Of a stretch of 64,000 bases of DNA, positions 62,620-64,000 are shown piece by piece. The position numbers and the translations under genes were made by a program. Numbering within the stretch: the first letter of the stretch is position 1; the number at the start of each line of letters is the position of its first letter. The stretch comes from Chthoniobacterales bacterium (lineage in GTDB: Bacteria; Verrucomicrobiota; Verrucomicrobiia; Chthoniobacterales; Chthoniobacteraceae), in contig JBBQZX010000021.1 of NCBI GenBank assembly GCA_038207335.1, forward strand, positions 32,001 to 96,000, read 5' to 3'. A model generated the notes under the pieces. The model did no database searches and had not been told where the DNA came from. It was given only the letters and a program-made list of their open reading frames with translations.

Positions 62620-63853
62620 GAATCCGCTGCGGAGGATCGAGCCGCAGCCAACCGATAGCGCGATTTTCACCCGGCGACAAACGCGCGGAATCGAGTTCGG
62701 CTGAGAGACGGAAAGTGGCGCTATTTTCACCCGGATCGAGCGTGAAGCCGGGGAGCGCGTCGCTCGAAACGAGGCGCGCGCTTTTCCACTCGGCGACGAC
62801 TGTGGGCGGGATGGGCTCGTCGAGTTCGCCGTCGTTGATGAGCGCGATGTCGGTGGGATTTGCGTCGGTGGCCTCGACGCGGAGGGCGCTGTGCGGGGTG
62901 CGTCCGGCGATGATCGCGGCGAGGGTGGGCCAGCGCCAATTCATCGTGTCGGAGCGGAGCGGGAGGCGATACCAGAGGATGCCGGTGAGGTTTGCGGGTC
63001 GCTCGCGCGTCCATGCCTGCACGAGCACCGAGAGTTGGCGCGCGTCGGCGCGGATGATGCGCGCAGGGGTGTCGCGCGGCCACGCGAGGCCGGGTCCCTC
63101 GGCGGAGAGGCCGGCGAGATTTCCGGCGCGGTCGAATGCGGCGCGGACGCTGTAGGTCGGCAGGGCGACGCGAAATGGGACGCCGATTTTTGCGGCGCAC
63201 CGCATCCATGCGTCGGCTTTTGCGGGGTCGCAGAGGGTGGGCGTGGGGTCTGCGACGCGGGGCTTTTCGACGGAGTGGACTTGCAAGACGAAGCTGCCGG
63301 CTTCGCGCGCGACGGTGGAAAAATCGCGCTGGGCGAGCCAAATCGGCAGCGCGGTGATGCTGATGGGGACAGGCGCGGCGGCAAGTTTGATGGCGGCGAC
63401 CCAGGTGCCGTATCCGGCGAGGCGCGAGTCGGCACAGTCGAAGTCGATTTGCAGTTCGCTCGCTGGGATGCCAGCGGCGGCGGCTTCGGCCAGGATGTCG
63501 CGGGCGAGTTTGCAGAGCGTGTCGATGGCTGGGCCGGAGCTTTGAAATGGGCCGGAAAACGCGCCGATGCGGAGGGCGAGGCCGAGCGGGCGGCCGGTGG
63601 ATTTGAGAGCGGCGAAATCGATTTTTGGGCGGACGATTTCGGGGGCGCTGGCTTTCCACAAGACCTCGGCGGCGAGTGGGACGAATCCGGCGGCTAGGGG
63701 CCGGGCGCGCGTGAGAGCATCGGTGACGGCGGGCGTCCAGATGCGCTGCCAGACGTAGATTTCGTGCGGGAGCGGGCCGGAGGCTTGTGGCGCCTGGCTG
63801 CACGAGGAGGCGAGCGCGGCGGTGGCAAGGAGCGTGAGGAGCCGGCGAGTCAC
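62597..63853 (-). CDS. DUF3142 lipoprotein (GH18-like TIM barrel)
   Basis: Lipobox ASSC; YVWQR, LQIDFDC, ITALP.WL, VLQVH, VALPTY, WYRLP. Confidence 0.8.
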   Translation of the reverse strand: MTRRLLTLLATAALASSCSQAPQASGPLPHEIYVWQRIWTPAVTDALTRARPLAAGFVPLAAEVLWKASAPEIVRPKIDFAALKSTGRPLGLALRIGAFSGPFQSSGPAIDTLCKLARDILAEAAAAGIPASELQIDFDCADSRLAGYGTWVAAIKLAAAPVPISITALPIWLAQRDFSTVAREAGSFVLQVHSVEKPRVADPTPTLCDPAKADAWMRCAAKIGVPFRVALPTYSVRAAFDRAGNLAGLSAEGPGLAWPRDTPARIIRADARQLSVLVQAWTRERPANLTGILWYRLPLRSDTMNWRWPTLAAIIAGRTPHSALRVEATDANPTDIALINDGELDEPIPPTVVAEWKSARLVSSDALPGFTLDPGENSATFRLSAELDSARLSPGENRAIGWLRLDPPQRIHVTTHPH

Positions 63854-64000
63854 ATGAGCGTGGCGAGGACGGCGTTCAGGTCGGAGAGGTCTTCGAAGAT
63901 GAGGTCAGGGGTGTGCTCGGCGAGTTGGGCGCGAGTGAAGTTGCCTGTGGCGATGGCGACGGCCTTTGCGCCGATTTCTCGGGCGCAGGTGATGTCGTGC
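63850..64000 (-). CDS. HAD-family hydrolase, C-terminal part (continues beyond the window)
   Basis: HDITCAREIGAKAVAIATG...PDLIFEDL. Confidence 0.75.
   Translation of the reverse strand, partial: HDITCAREIGAKAVAIATGNFTRAQLAEHTPDLIFEDLSDLNAVLATLM

Overview
GC-rich bacterial chromosome segment, most likely Verrucomicrobiota (Chthoniobacter/Spartobacteria-like). The inference rests on PEP-CTERM proteins, a PVC-type CxxCH heme/dehydrogenase protein, PQQ-like propellers and SD-less starts. About 55 genes: three aminoacyl-tRNA synthetases (metG partial, trpS, thrS), a glycosylation cluster (rfbA, GT4, GT-C-like membrane protein), an mlaEFD + PIN/TRAM operon, nnr, a sigma54-driven double amt-PII locus, a cysJ-like reductase, a sugar-catabolic cluster, a DUF3142-TPR pair, and a decaying accessory region (about 12.5-35 kb) rich in surface proteins and broken genes. 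I found no tRNA, rRNA, CRISPR array, transposase, integrase or RT. The most unusual signals are: (1) low-GC in-frame cassettes inside the essential MetRS and ThrRS genes; (2) a kb-scale sawtooth GC-skew in which synonymous codon choice flips between G-ending and C-ending by position rather than by strand or protein; (3) a paralogous membrane-anchored family with a GspG-like C-terminal domain, each copy next to an aaRS gene; (4) an unnamed domain shared by two PEP-CTERM proteins, plus a putative C-terminal 'RFYR'-type sorting domain; (5) a 21-bp-periodic repeat array plus three hairpins in the 45.2-45.85 kb divergent intergenic region. No database searches were run, so family names come from motif recognition.
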